From NCBI GenBank assembly GCA_947488935.1, contig CANLBN010000005.1:80675-144674 (forward strand): a stretch of DNA of 64,000 nt, read 5' to 3'. Under the pieces are notes generated by a model. The model did no database searches and was not told where the DNA came from. It was given only the letters and a program-made list of their open reading frames with translations. Positions 47,276 through 57,415 of the stretch are shown in pieces. Both the position numbers and the translations under genes were made by a program. This DNA is from an uncultured Pseudomonadales bacterium. Its GTDB lineage: Bacteria; Pseudomonadota; Gammaproteobacteria; Pseudomonadales; Cellvibrionaceae. Positions within the stretch are counted from its first letter, which is position 1, and each line of letters begins with the position of its first letter.

Positions 47276-48520
47276 TTATTGAGAGCGTTGGTCTTTGTCC
47301 AAGTAACTTTTCAAGGCGATGGGTTGTAGTATGAGTGTGAAAATAATAATAGCAACAATGACACACAAAAATATATTTCGATAGGGGTAATCGTGCGGGA
47401 TCATTAATATTAATGCAGCAGAAACAGCGCCACGTAAGCCACCAAGTACTAATATATTTTGCCACTTAAAGGCCAACTTGTAACGGGCAATACGCAATAG
47501 GCCAGAGCTGCCGTACACGACAATACAGCGCCCAATAAAAACACTGACCACACCGACAATCACGGCAATGGTAGGTACCTCACTAAAGTCATGTAAACCT
47601 GTTGTTGTCCCTAGGCTGAAAAATAAGATGCCGTTGGCAAGTAGTGCAATATACTCCCAAAAATTAGCAATGCTGTAACTGGTTTGCTCTTCTTTTTTGG
47701 GTGTTTCGGCGCTGAGGTTACGGTATCGATAAAATACCATAGCGGCTACTAATACGGTGATTACGCCAGATATATGCAATAGTTTTTCTGCAATTAAAAA
47801 AGACGAATAGGCGACAATAAGGCTAATGCTTATATCAAATGAGGCATGTCGCTCCTTCCATCGATTGATGGTAAATGCCCCTAAGTGACCGAGTAAAAAG
47901 CCTAAGGGAAGTGAAATAGATACTGCCCATACAAAGGAGCCGAAGGTGCTTAAAAAGTCAAAGGGTGCATTGCTTAAAACGATGCTACTGATTAGGGTAA
48001 ATAAAACAACGGTCGTGCCATCGTTAAAGAGTGATTCGCCTTCTACGATTAGTTCTAAACGCTTTTCAAGGGTAAAGTTTTTAAAAATAGACGAGACTGC
48101 GGCAGGGTCAGTGGCACTTGCTGCTGCGCCTAACAATAGGCCATGAATCATAGGTACATCTAATACATAGGCGAGCGGTACGCCGATAAGAAAGGTGGTG
48201 GCAATCACCCCGACAGTAGAGAAAAAGCTAATAGGCAGCGCCTCTGACTTTAACTCGGAGACGCTAATTAGGCGTCCACTAGAAAAAATCAGTAAGGGGA
48301 GTAGTACTAAGAGAATAACCTCAGCATTGAGTGTAAAGCTCGGCAGTTGATCGAGTTCAAAATACTTTATGCAAAGCCCATAAATAAGACCAACGATAAG
48401 CACCCATGCATCGGCAGGAATCAACGAATCTTTTGCATAATGTTTAGTAACCGATAACAGCATCAATAAACAGCAAAAGCTAACAATGGCTATGATGATA
48501 AAATTTGGGTCAGAGGGCAT
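47276..48520 (-). CDS. Cation:proton antiporter (Na+/H+ exchanger family)
   Basis: 414 aa with about 11-12 TM segments. SATDPAAV and ESLFNDG motifs are typical of CPA1 exchangers. Confidence 0.85.
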   Translation of the reverse strand: MPSDPNFIIIAIVSFCCLLMLLSVTKHYAKDSLIPADAWVLIVGLIYGLCIKYFELDQLPSFTLNAEVILLVLLPLLIFSSGRLISVSELKSEALPISFFSTVGVIATTFLIGVPLAYVLDVPMIHGLLLGAAASATDPAAVSSIFKNFTLEKRLELIVEGESLFNDGTTVVLFTLISSIVLSNAPFDFLSTFGSFVWAVSISLPLGFLLGHLGAFTINRWKERHASFDISISLIVAYSSFLIAEKLLHISGVITVLVAAMVFYRYRNLSAETPKKEEQTSYSIANFWEYIALLANGILFFSLGTTTGLHDFSEVPTIAVIVGVVSVFIGRCIVVYGSSGLLRIARYKLAFKWQNILVLGGLRGAVSAALILMIPHDYPYRNIFLCVIVAIIIFTLILQPIALKSYLDKDQRSQ

Positions 48521-48586
48521 TGTTTTATCCGGTTATTTTTAGTTTAGGACTTATTACTGGGTAGAGAGTTTACTACCTTATTTATT

Positions 48587-49837
48587 TTATTCTTCTTCGG
48601 GTAGCTCTAATAAGTTGATACTTTGTACGGCGTTGCCTGCAATGCCTTTGATAGAGCCGTACATATCGCTAGTATTCAATAGGACTTTATCAATTTGCTT
48701 TTCGCGTTTTTTCCAAATGGAACGCATTGCACGTTGCTCCGACTCAAGGTCGGCGCGCATTTGTGTAAAGCCTTCGACAATGGCCTCTATTTGTAGCTTG
48801 AATTCATTGCTGGTCAAAAAATCATAGAGCATACCCATTTTATCACCTTTATTCTCTTGGGTGACAAGAGCGGTGCTCACTTGAATAATTGACTCTCGCA
48901 GTACAGCACACAAGCCTTTAAATTCGCTAAAAGAGCATATCCAAATCCCCTCTTTTAGACCAAGGCGCTCCATATCTGCCGGCAGTGCATCGGTGACTAG
49001 CACGCCAATATTAGCATTTTTTTCGCGAATGTCGGCTTTGAATTTTTCAATCCAGTTAGGCTGAAAGTGTTTGGTGCGTTTACTTTCGTAATAAATAGTA
49101 CCGCAGTTTTGTCGGGAGCGGGTATTGACCGTTTGTATGCAATCGGCACCGCGCTCGCCTTTTTTTATTTCGGCAATGGTATCGAGAGGGAACTGTTCAA
49201 ACAGCCATTCTTCTATGGCAAGCTCCTGCACCTCGCCTTGAGTTTGGGTTGAGCCTTGATCTTGTTTGCGCTTCATTTCTGCCGTGAGTGACTTTTGGTC
49301 TTCTAGCTGCTTTTGCAACTCTTTAAACTTCAATTCATTGGCTTCGAATGCCTCTTTTTGAATGCGCTCCTTCTCTTGGGCTATTTTTAGGTTTAGCTCT
49401 TTTTCGGCGCTTGCTCTTATGGATGCTTCGAGTTCATCTTTTTCGCGCTTTAGTTGCTCTAATGCAATAGTGGCTTTATTGAGCTCTTTTATTTTGCTGG
49501 ATTTTTCGTCGAGCTCTTCGCGCAACAGTGTCATGGCTTCTAATTGCTCTGCCTCAGATTGTGCTTTTAACTGCTTTTTTAGTGAGATTTCGCGTGCTTT
49601 TAACTCCTGACTGACTTGGTTTTCGATAATACTTTTTTGCTTTGCTTTTTCGGCAGAGATCTTTTGACGCTCTGTCTCTAAGGTGTCGAGTTCAGCTTGG
49701 TAGTGTTGCTTTTCTTTTGCTAACTGATCTTGATATTGTTTTTTTAATTGCTCATCGACTTGATGATACAAAATAGTATTTACATCTATTTCTGTCTCGC
49801 AGTTTGGGCAATTAATGGTACTTTTTGTTGTGCTCAT
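48587..49837 (-). CDS. DUF2130-family protein (zinc-ribbon + long coiled coil + nuclease-like C-domain)
   Basis: CPNCETEI at the N-terminus, about 190 aa of K/E/Q heptad-like repeats, then ...GEVQELAIEEWLFEQFPLDTIAEIKKGERGADCIQ, resembling a PD-(D/E)xK-type core. Confidence 0.75.
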   Translation of the reverse strand: MSTTKSTINCPNCETEIDVNTILYHQVDEQLKKQYQDQLAKEKQHYQAELDTLETERQKISAEKAKQKSIIENQVSQELKAREISLKKQLKAQSEAEQLEAMTLLREELDEKSSKIKELNKATIALEQLKREKDELEASIRASAEKELNLKIAQEKERIQKEAFEANELKFKELQKQLEDQKSLTAEMKRKQDQGSTQTQGEVQELAIEEWLFEQFPLDTIAEIKKGERGADCIQTVNTRSRQNCGTIYYESKRTKHFQPNWIEKFKADIREKNANIGVLVTDALPADMERLGLKEGIWICSFSEFKGLCAVLRESIIQVSTALVTQENKGDKMGMLYDFLTSNEFKLQIEAIVEGFTQMRADLESEQRAMRSIWKKREKQIDKVLLNTSDMYGSIKGIAGNAVQSINLLELPEEE

Positions 49838-49890
49838 ACTATCGAATACTCATAAAATGAGGTGTGTTTATTTAGTTCTTTAAAGCAAGC

Positions 49891-50928
49891 TTATTCAAAG
49901 CTTACTTCATCGACACTCTTATCGTTTTGGTGACTATCGGCCTTTTCAACACGTGCCACGATTTCTTCAACGGATTGTGCCTCGGTGTTTATGCCACCTA
50001 AGGCATTAATGAGTTGTTTGATAAGGCTGGATAACTCCAGTGTCATTACCGAGAACTCAATAGCAAATAGCTCTTCGCTAGTTTGGGCTTCGTAGCTATC
50101 GGCTTTTTCCTGAATATTATCATTAAAGCGTAGGTGTTTGATGGCGAGCTGGTCGTCGAGTACGAATTCAATGCCATCCATCCAATTGAGGGCCAATTTA
50201 CTGATGATCATACCTGCTTGTAGGTGATTATTAATTTCAGCCGACGCCAGATCTTGGTGCTTGGCACGAATAACACTACCAGTCTCTTTAGGGTTAGATA
50301 GTTCACATTCGCTCCCAAGTTCAAAATGTTGGGGTGTTGAGCCGCTTTTAGAGGCTTCCATTACCCATTGAGTCATCATTTGAAAGGGTAGTTGTTTACT
50401 AGCAATAGGGATAACTGGCAGGCTACCTAACGACTCGCGCAATAGTGTTAATAACTCTTCGGCTTTATTGGCCGATGCGGCATTAATTACAATATGGCCT
50501 TGTTTGCGGTCGATATAGGCATATTGAAAGCTAGAGCGCGTAAAGGCTTTAGGCAATAAAGCCATGATAATATCGTCTTTTAAATCCTGTCGCTCTTTAC
50601 GCCTTACAGGTCTGCCTTCTGCCTCGCTAATCTCAGCCGCTTTTTCCTCCAGTGCTTCGTTAATAACACTGGCGGGTAAGACCTTTTCCTGCTTCTTGGC
50701 GCATATTAATAGATAGTCATCGTGAGTAAAAACCAGCTCGATATCTTCATTACTAATAGCTTGTTTGGGCGCCTGTTTAGGTGATACTGGCGATACCCAG
50801 CCTAGGCGAGAAGGCTCCTGACTGCTACAGGGCGAAAATAAGCGAGTGTTCATGTGCTCGTTAAGCGTTGCTTTGTCTAATTGATACCCTTGTGTAAATT
50901 GGTAAATCCTTAAGTTTTTAAACCACAT
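49891..50928 (-). CDS. rdgC: Recombination-associated protein RdgC
   Basis: MWFKNLRIYQF is the RdgC signature N-terminus. Compared with E. coli RdgC, it carries about 40 extra acidic residues at the C-terminus. Confidence 0.9.
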   Translation of the reverse strand: MWFKNLRIYQFTQGYQLDKATLNEHMNTRLFSPCSSQEPSRLGWVSPVSPKQAPKQAISNEDIELVFTHDDYLLICAKKQEKVLPASVINEALEEKAAEISEAEGRPVRRKERQDLKDDIIMALLPKAFTRSSFQYAYIDRKQGHIVINAASANKAEELLTLLRESLGSLPVIPIASKQLPFQMMTQWVMEASKSGSTPQHFELGSECELSNPKETGSVIRAKHQDLASAEINNHLQAGMIISKLALNWMDGIEFVLDDQLAIKHLRFNDNIQEKADSYEAQTSEELFAIEFSVMTLELSSLIKQLINALGGINTEAQSVEEIVARVEKADSHQNDKSVDEVSFE

Positions 50929-51132
50929 AGAATGCTCTGTAAGAAAGTAAAATAAGAGGGGGAGTGTTCAGTTAATTATTGTTTGATGCAATAGCTTATG
51001 GAGTGATGATTGAGAGTGCTCACTCAATAGTTAGAAGAATTTTATAGAATAACACGATTTAACAAGCCTGCTACCTGTGAATATGACGAATTATTCACAG
51101 GTAAAAATAATACCTAGCTTAGCGTACAACGA

Positions 51133-51510
51133 CTACGAGGGTATATTAAAGCGGCCATTTAAGTAATTGATGATATCGTCAGATTCGTACATCCATTTAA
51201 CTTTGTTGCCTTGTTCTATGCGCAGGCAGGGAACTTGAGTAGAACCCTGTTGGGATAGCTCCTGATAGTATTCTTTTTCTTTGCGAATATCGCGTGTTTC
51301 TATATCTATATTGAGTTTATGGATGGCTCGACGGGTTTTAACGCAGAATGGGCAAGCGTAGAACTCATAGAGTGATAAACGACTAGTTTCGTTCTTTAAA
51401 GCCGCCTTTGCTTCTGGGCTGCGCTCAAGCTGTTTAGGCTGGGTGAGCTTGCTAATGAATACGATGACTCTTCCTAGTCCTTCACGTAATAATTTAAGTA
51501 ATATCGACAT
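51133..51510 (-). CDS. Glutaredoxin-family protein with N-terminal hydrophobic extension
   Basis: SLYEFYACPFCVKTRRAIHKLNI...VPCLRIE has the CPFC active site in a Grx fold pattern. Confidence 0.75.
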   Translation of the reverse strand: MSILLKLLREGLGRVIVFISKLTQPKQLERSPEAKAALKNETSRLSLYEFYACPFCVKTRRAIHKLNIDIETRDIRKEKEYYQELSQQGSTQVPCLRIEQGNKVKWMYESDDIINYLNGRFNIPS

Positions 51511-51738
51511 AGTAAACCTGATTAAACTGTTCTTATAAGCATTGTGATGGATAATTCTACAGGGTAAGCAGCGTATTGTCTTCTATGCTGTTATGGTAAT
51601 TATTTATATTCTTTTAATAAAATAGACTTTTAGTAGTAACCATTGAGCATGGTAAAACTGTGGGCAGGGCCGCTTTAAATGGAATTATTTGGAAAAATTA
51701 AAAGAGGGTATTTTTACTGTCAATATGGGGCTATCAAT

Positions 51739-51775
51739 AAAAAGCCGTTATTGACTAATAAATAACGGCTTTTTA
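51739..51775 (-). terminator. Bidirectional rho-independent terminator downstream of fhs
   Basis: aaaaa-gccgttatt...aataacggc-ttttt: a perfect stem (51744-51770) flanked by an A-run and a T-run. Confidence 0.75.
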
Positions 51776-51801
51776 TTGGCTTAGGGCTTTATGTTTTAGC
51801 T

Positions 51802-53472
51802 TTAGAATAAACCGTCAATTAGGCCTTCATCGTTTAATTTAATATTATTCGCCGAAGGAACTCGCGGTAGGCCAGGCATGGTCATTATCGAGCCACAAAC
51901 AACGACAATAAATTCAGCACCTGCCGAGAGCCTTACCTCTCTAATAGGTACAATATGATTGGACGGTGCGCCTAGTAGGGCAGGGTCTGTCGAAAAGCTA
52001 TATTGCGTTTTAGCCATACATACGGGGAAGTGACCAAACTCTTTTTGCCAGCTTGCCAATTTATCACGGACGGCTTTATCGGCAGCGATATCGTCGGCAC
52101 CGTAAAGTGTGCGCGCAATATGGCGTATTTTTTCAAATAGCGGCATGGTATCTGGGTAGAGTGTTCTAAACTGAGCGGCCCCCGATTCAACTAAACCCAC
52201 AACTTTATGTGCAAGCTCTTGCGTACCTTTTGAACCATCGGCCCAGTGTTTACACACACATGCCTCTACACCGAATTCGGCGCAGTATTCAATAATGGCT
52301 TGTACTTCGGCGTCAGTATCGGCAGTAAAGTGGTTAATGCCAACGACAACGGGCACACCAAATTGACCAAGGTTGCGCAGATGTCGGCCAAGGTTATCTA
52401 GACCTTTTTTAAGGGCATCGACGTTTTCATTGTTTAATTCATCCTTAGCTACACCACCGTGCATTTTAAGCGCGCGTACAGTGGCCACTAAAACAGCAGC
52501 ATCGGGTTTTAGGCCAGTCTTACGGCATTTAATGTCAAAGAACTTCTCGGCGCCAAGGTCGGCTCCAAATCCTGCTTCGGTAACCACATAATCGGCAAGT
52601 TTTAATGCAGTTTGTGTTGCAACGGCAGAGTTACAGCCGTGAGCAATATTGGCAAAGGGGCCGCCGTGAATAAAGGCCGGGTTATTTTCGAGGGTTTGTA
52701 CAAGGTTTGGGCTAAAAGCGTCTTTTAGTAGTACCGTCATTGCACCTTCGGCATTAATATCGCGTGCATAAACGGGCTCTTTGTTGGGTGTATAGCCAAC
52801 AATGATATTACCAATACGACGCTGCAGGTCGGCAAGGTCTGTCGCCAAACAGAAGATGGCCATAATCTCCGATGCCACGGTAATATCAAAACCGGTTTGA
52901 CGAGTAATACCATTAGCAGCGCTACCAAGAGCAATAACGATGTCGCGTAGTGTACGATCATTCATGTCCATGACACGACGCCATGTAATTTGCTGCGGGT
53001 CTAAATTACTTTTGTTCTCCCATTTAATATGGTTGTCGATCAGTGCAGAGAGTAAATTGTGCGCAGCGCCAATGGCGTGAAAATCACCGGTAAAATGTAG
53101 GTTGATGTCTTCCATCGGTACAACTTGCGCATAACCGCCACCTGCTGCACCGCCTTTCATGCCAAAGCAAGGCCCTAGGCTTGGCTCGCGTAAGCACATG
53201 GCTGTTTTTTTACCGATACTGTTTAAGCCGTCACCTAAACCGACGGTCGTTGTTGTTTTACCTTCACCTGCTGGAGTGGGCGAAATCGCAGTGACTAAGA
53301 TTAGTTTTCCGTTAGGGCGATCTTTAAGGCTCTCGATAAACGTGCTGTCTATTTTTGCTTTAGTGTGGCCGTAGGGAACTAAGTGCTCAGATGCAATACC
53401 TAGCTTTTCACCAATTTCGTTAATTGGTTTCATTTGGCTTGCTCGTGCAATTTCTATGTCGGTTTTTACCAT
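51802..53472 (-). CDS. fhs: Formate--tetrahydrofolate ligase
   Basis: DIEIARA...[21 protein letters not shown]...[10 protein letters not shown] are the FTHFS signatures. Confidence 0.96.
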   Translation of the reverse strand: MVKTDIEIARASQMKPINEIGEKLGIASEHLVPYGHTKAKIDSTFIESLKDRPNGKLILVTAISPTPAGEGKTTTTVGLGDGLNSIGKKTAMCLREPSLGPCFGMKGGAAGGGYAQVVPMEDINLHFTGDFHAIGAAHNLLSALIDNHIKWENKSNLDPQQITWRRVMDMNDRTLRDIVIALGSAANGITRQTGFDITVASEIMAIFCLATDLADLQRRIGNIIVGYTPNKEPVYARDINAEGAMTVLLKDAFSPNLVQTLENNPAFIHGGPFANIAHGCNSAVATQTALKLADYVVTEAGFGADLGAEKFFDIKCRKTGLKPDAAVLVATVRALKMHGGVAKDELNNENVDALKKGLDNLGRHLRNLGQFGVPVVVGINHFTADTDAEVQAIIEYCAEFGVEACVCKHWADGSKGTQELAHKVVGLVESGAAQFRTLYPDTMPLFEKIRHIARTLYGADDIAADKAVRDKLASWQKEFGHFPVCMAKTQYSFSTDPALLGAPSNHIVPIREVRLSAGAEFIVVVCGSIMTMPGLPRVPSANNIKLNDEGLIDGLF

Positions 53473-53642
53473 TATTATTGATCTCCAGCGTTGGGATAGT
53501 GAATTTTTATAGTAAGTAACGTACCTTTGTAAATTAGTACCAATCGTCAGTAATTCCGATTGGTTTTTAAATTGAGGCGATAGTTAAGCAAAAAAAGTGC
53601 TAAATGGAAAGCCTTTAATGATGAACCTCAAGTAGAATGTAA

Positions 53643-53671
53643 GCATTAAAAATAATTTTTATTTTTAATGC
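53643..53671. repeat. Perfect AT-rich palindrome in the fhs upstream region
   Basis: gcattaaaaata-atttt-tatttttaatgc: 12-bp arms with a 5-nt loop. Function unknown. Confidence 0.5.
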
Positions 53672-53793
53672 CGTAAAAAAGATATAAAAAGGAGTGGTGT
53701 GCTACCTTTTTAAAGATAGCACTATAATAGTAGTGTTAAATCGATATTATATATGCAAGAAAATACATAACCTCAGCAAAAAATTAAAGTAAT

Positions 53794-53821
53794 GCACAAG
53801 AAAAATTTATTTTTCTTGTGC
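53794..53821 (-). terminator. Terminator hairpin enclosing the yghU-like stop codon
   Basis: gcacaagaaaaa / tttttcttgtgc 12-bp arms. On the minus strand it is followed by a T-rich tract. The TAA stop lies in the loop. Confidence 0.6.
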
Positions 53822-54691
53822 TAGTTTGTCTTGAGTACGCAATTCAAAATCAGAGGCGTCATGGCGCTCATGTAATTGTTCATGTTCCTCCCCCCATGTG
53901 CGATTGACCATCCGGCCTCGCTGTACTGCTGGGCGTTTTTTAACTTCGCGCGTCCAACGCACAAGATGGGTATAAGATTCTACCTGTAGGAATTCAGCGG
54001 CACCATACAGTGTGCCCAATACAAGGTTGCCGTACCAAGGCCAAATTGCAATATCAGCAATGGTAAACTCGTCGCCACACATAAATTGCTTGTCGGCTAG
54101 GTGCTTGTCGAGCACATCCATTTGGCGTTTCACTTCCATGGTAAAGCGGTCAATGGGGTATTCCATTTTAAAAGGGGCGTAGTTATAAAAGTGACCAAAG
54201 CCACCACCTAAGTATGGTGCACTGCCCATTTGCCAAAATAGCCAGGACAGGCATTCAGTTCTTGCAGCGGGATCACTCGGGATTAGTGCATTAAATTTAT
54301 CGGCGAGATACAACAATATCGCACCGGATTCGAAGATTCGCTGTGGCTTACCATCTACGCTGTAATCCATGAGTGCAGGGATTTTTGAGTTAGGGTTGAT
54401 GTCGACAAAGTCACTACCAAATTGATCGCCATCACCGATATTAATCATATAAGCGTCGTACTCGGCCTCGCTAATACCCAGCGCCAAAAGCTCCTCCAGC
54501 ATAACGGTGACTTTGACACCATTAGGTGTTGCCATCGAGTAAAGTTGAAATGGGTGCTTTCCTACCGGAAGCGTCTTGTCATGTGTTGCTCCAGCGATAG
54601 GTCTATTAATTTTTGCCCATTCGCCGCCATTTTCGGCATCCCATGTCCAGACTTTTGGTGGAGTGTAAGAAGAGTCATCGGTCATTTTCAA
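53807..54691 (-). CDS. yghU: Nu-class glutathione S-transferase (YghU-like disulfide reductase)
   Basis: YTPPKVWTWD...GGEWAKINRPIAGATHDKTLPVGKHPFQLYSMATPNGVKVTVMLEELL matches the YghU/YfcG-type N-terminus. Confidence 0.85.
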   Translation of the reverse strand: MKMTDDSSYTPPKVWTWDAENGGEWAKINRPIAGATHDKTLPVGKHPFQLYSMATPNGVKVTVMLEELLALGISEAEYDAYMINIGDGDQFGSDFVDINPNSKIPALMDYSVDGKPQRIFESGAILLYLADKFNALIPSDPAARTECLSWLFWQMGSAPYLGGGFGHFYNYAPFKMEYPIDRFTMEVKRQMDVLDKHLADKQFMCGDEFTIADIAIWPWYGNLVLGTLYGAAEFLQVESYTHLVRWTREVKKRPAVQRGRMVNRTWGEEHEQLHERHDASDFELRTQDKLAQEK

Positions 54692-54952
54692 TATCCTGTA
54701 GTGAATTACGAGAGTTTCGATTTTGTATAGACAGCTAAGTATGGAAGATTACTTAATGATAGGTGTAATAGTAGCGGTTTTAGTAAATTCAATACTAGTC
54801 AGTAATGATATAAAAACATAAACAATGAGATAGTTTAATACTGTTGACTGGTAGTTTAAGCCAAATTAATGGGTAGGAGCTATATTAAGGTATTAAATGC
54901 AATAGTGAGGGGGGGAGTGTTATTGGCACTACAGGGGCTTGTTATGTGTTTA

Positions 54953-55210
54953 TTAATAATCGATTGCTAAATAAAAAAACAAGGATAAAACAAAAGAAAT
55001 AGCAATAAAAATCAGACCTAGTTTCTTAACTTTGTCTTTTTCTTTAGCTTGCTTGATATGAACTTCAATTAATTCTTTTTCAGATACTTGATGACACATT
55101 GGACAAGCAGCAACACCTTCGCTGAAAGCTATTATAGTCCCGCAACGTTCGCAGGGCTTATCGTATAGCTGGTCTCTTATGCGATCGAACTGTCTCAGAA
55201 AATCCCACAT
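54953..55210 (-). CDS. Zinc-ribbon protein with C-terminal TM anchor (hypothetical)
   Basis: CERCG...CPMC gives two CxxC pairs, followed by a hydrophobic tail LGLIFIAISFVLSLFFYLAI. Confidence 0.5.
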   Translation of the reverse strand: MWDFLRQFDRIRDQLYDKPCERCGTIIAFSEGVAACPMCHQVSEKELIEVHIKQAKEKDKVKKLGLIFIAISFVLSLFFYLAIDY

Positions 55211-55234
55211 TTAATTTACCAACACATAACACTT

Positions 55235-55268
55235 AAATAAAGGACGCCGCTTTGCGACGTCCTTTTTT
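55235..55268 (-). terminator. Terminator downstream of the cold-shock gene (bidirectional shape)
   Basis: aggacgccgc-ttt-gcgacgtcct hairpin (55241-55263), flanked by A-rich sequence on the left and T6 on the right. Confidence 0.6.
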
Positions 55269-55291
55269 AATTGACTTGTTATGTCATTAAT

Positions 55292-55498
55292 TTATAGCGC
55301 AACAACTTTGTTTGCACAGGGGCCTTTCTGACCTTGTCCTACTTCGTATTCTACTTGTTGGCCATCGTTTAGAGTAGCGTAACCACCACCTGCTTGTATT
55401 TCTGAATGATGGACAAATAAATCTTTGCTACCATCTTCTGGAGTAATAAAACCGAAACCTTTATCGGCGTTGAACCACTTTACTGTACCTTTACTCAT
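55292..55498 (-). CDS. Cold-shock protein, CspA family
   Basis: [34 protein letters not shown] contains the RNP1/RNP2 motifs. ATG at 55498. Confidence 0.93.
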   Translation of the reverse strand: MSKGTVKWFNADKGFGFITPEDGSKDLFVHHSEIQAGGGYATLNDGQQVEYEVGQGQKGPCANKVVAL

Positions 55499-56148
55499 AT
55501 TATTTTCTACTTTGAATAGTGAAATAAAATTAACTGGACTCACTATCACCATCACGAAACCAGTTTTGTAACATTATTAAGTATACACCTCTATATATAA
55601 ATATGTAGAGGCATAACGCCTTGCCAATGACTCCTATATAAGCTCCACAAATTGAGAGCCTGATAGCGACGATAAATCATCTCTTGCTTCGGACTTATTC
55701 ATAATTTGTGTACTTAACGCTTAACCTACGACCGTATATCCTATAAAGCGTATATCTCTTATATTACATCACTCGATTTTAAAAAGTACGCTATATTCAA
55801 CAACTTAACAATGCCAATTTTATTATGTGGCTAGATACGGGGCGGCTGGGCGTATATTTTATTATTTTAAATAAAGTAAAAGCCATTACTTTTCAATGGT
55901 TTACGATTTTTACCGTAGATTTTAGGGTTTTTAATCGATTGTTTACGATACGTTGAAATAATTTAGCGAACGGATAGACCGTATAGGGCCAAACTTACTG
56001 CTATATACGGTGCTTTGTATGCCAGAAATGTAATTCTCTTCACTGAATCATGCCCAGGCAGTCTTTACAATGTCTTTATCGTCAATGAGTGAGGAGGGTT
56101 ATTCCAGCGACGTTGGTGTGACCTAAGTGAATAGCAAGAGGCTTAATA

Positions 56149-57003
56149 ATGGGAAAGGTAATATTAGTAACAGGCACATCAACGGGCTTAGGTTTAACTT
56201 TGGCCGTAAAACTCGCACAGCAGGGTAATACTGTTTATGCAACGATGCGCAATTTAAAAAAGGATGGTGCGTTGATCAAAGCGTCTGTGGCTGCTGAGGT
56301 TAAATTACATATAAAGCAATTAGACGTACAAGATACGCAAAGTATCCAAACTTGCGTCGATGAAATTATCGAGCAAGAGGGACGTATCGATACTCTAATT
56401 AATAATGCCGGTGCAGGTTATGTGCGCACAACCGAGCAGTCGAGTGAAGAAGAGGTTAACTGGGTAATGGATGTTAACTTTCATGGTGTATCGCGTTGTG
56501 TAAAAGCGGTGTTGCCACATATGAGAAAAGCACGGCAAGGCCATGTTGTTAATGTGAGCTCTGTTGGTGGTTTGGTTGGCCAACCCTTTAATGAGTACTA
56601 TTGCGCGGCAAAGTTTGCCGTTGAGGGTTATGTTGAGTCCCTTGCAACCTATGTTACCCCAGCGTTTGGTATTCATTTTACCAATGTCGAGCCCGGTGGC
56701 ATCGTTTCTGAATTTGCCAATAATATTATGGAGCAAGTGGCCTCAACGGGTGGCATTTTAGAGGACGAATACCGTCCGATTCTTGAAAAGTATATGTCGG
56801 CAGGGGCAGGGCAACCCAGAGAGGGTTTGTATCAAACCGCTGAGGAAGTTGCAGATATTGTCATCGAATGCGTTAATAGCGACAACCCACCTATTAGAAA
56901 AAGAACATCGCCTTGGGCTGAGAATTTTTCGAGATATAAAACCGCAGCTGATCCAACGGGTCACAAGCAACAACAAAATGTGATTAAAGAGTTTTTATCG
57001 TAA
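56149..57003 (+). CDS. Short-chain dehydrogenase/reductase (SDR)
   Basis: VILVTGTSTGLGLTLA (TGxxxGxG), NNAG, and the catalytic YCAAK. Confidence 0.88.
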   Translation: MGKVILVTGTSTGLGLTLAVKLAQQGNTVYATMRNLKKDGALIKASVAAEVKLHIKQLDVQDTQSIQTCVDEIIEQEGRIDTLINNAGAGYVRTTEQSSEEEVNWVMDVNFHGVSRCVKAVLPHMRKARQGHVVNVSSVGGLVGQPFNEYYCAAKFAVEGYVESLATYVTPAFGIHFTNVEPGGIVSEFANNIMEQVASTGGILEDEYRPILEKYMSAGAGQPREGLYQTAEEVADIVIECVNSDNPPIRKRTSPWAENFSRYKTAADPTGHKQQQNVIKEFLS

Positions 57004-57029
57004 CTAACTCTCTGTAAACAGATTCGTTA

Positions 57030-57392
57030 ATGGTGGCAAATATGGTTTTAATCTATTGGATAACAACTGGTTTAGTTGTGTGCATGTTAGTGCTCAGCGC
57101 TGGGAGTTATTTGTTTAGTCAGGGGGCCATCGATGGCTTTCAGGCTCTCGGCTTCCCGGATTATTTTCGCATTCAATTGGTGGCTCTAAAGTTAATTGCT
57201 GCGGCAATTTTACTGGTGCCGGCTCTACCGTTGGTGGTAAAAGAATGGGCCTACGCGGGTGTCGGTTTGTTTTTGTTAACAGCTTTTATTGCGCACTATG
57301 CACATAAAGACCCAATATGGCTTAATATGATTAATGTTGTCTTTTTTGTATTGCTGTCACTCTCTAGAATATTTTATTCAAAGGTGTTCTGA
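57030..57392 (+). CDS. DoxX-like small membrane protein
   Basis: 120 aa with 4 TM segments. ...KLIAAAILLVPALP...EWAYAGVGLFLLTAFIAH is typical of DoxX-like proteins. Confidence 0.7.
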   Translation: MVANMVLIYWITTGLVVCMLVLSAGSYLFSQGAIDGFQALGFPDYFRIQLVALKLIAAAILLVPALPLVVKEWAYAGVGLFLLTAFIAHYAHKDPIWLNMINVVFFVLLSLSRIFYSKVF

Positions 57393-57415
57393 GTGATTTA
57401 TATAGGCGATTAAAT

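Noticed and set aside
50953-50968. Shared G-run motif GAGGGGGAGTGTT upstream of rdgC and again at 54908-54925
   Set aside because: It is a ~13-nt match with an indel. Matches of this length are expected by chance many times in 64 kb when all position pairs and both strands are considered, and there is no supporting structure.
53473-53806. Possible ZTP (pfl) or other folate/purine riboswitch in the fhs leader
   Set aside because: I read the minus-strand leader and did not find the conserved ZTP elements, such as the GGGTCG-type 5' helix or the CCGCCTGGGC 3' pseudoknot segment. Only AT-rich palindromes and one 7-bp hairpin are present. An Infernal scan would settle the question.
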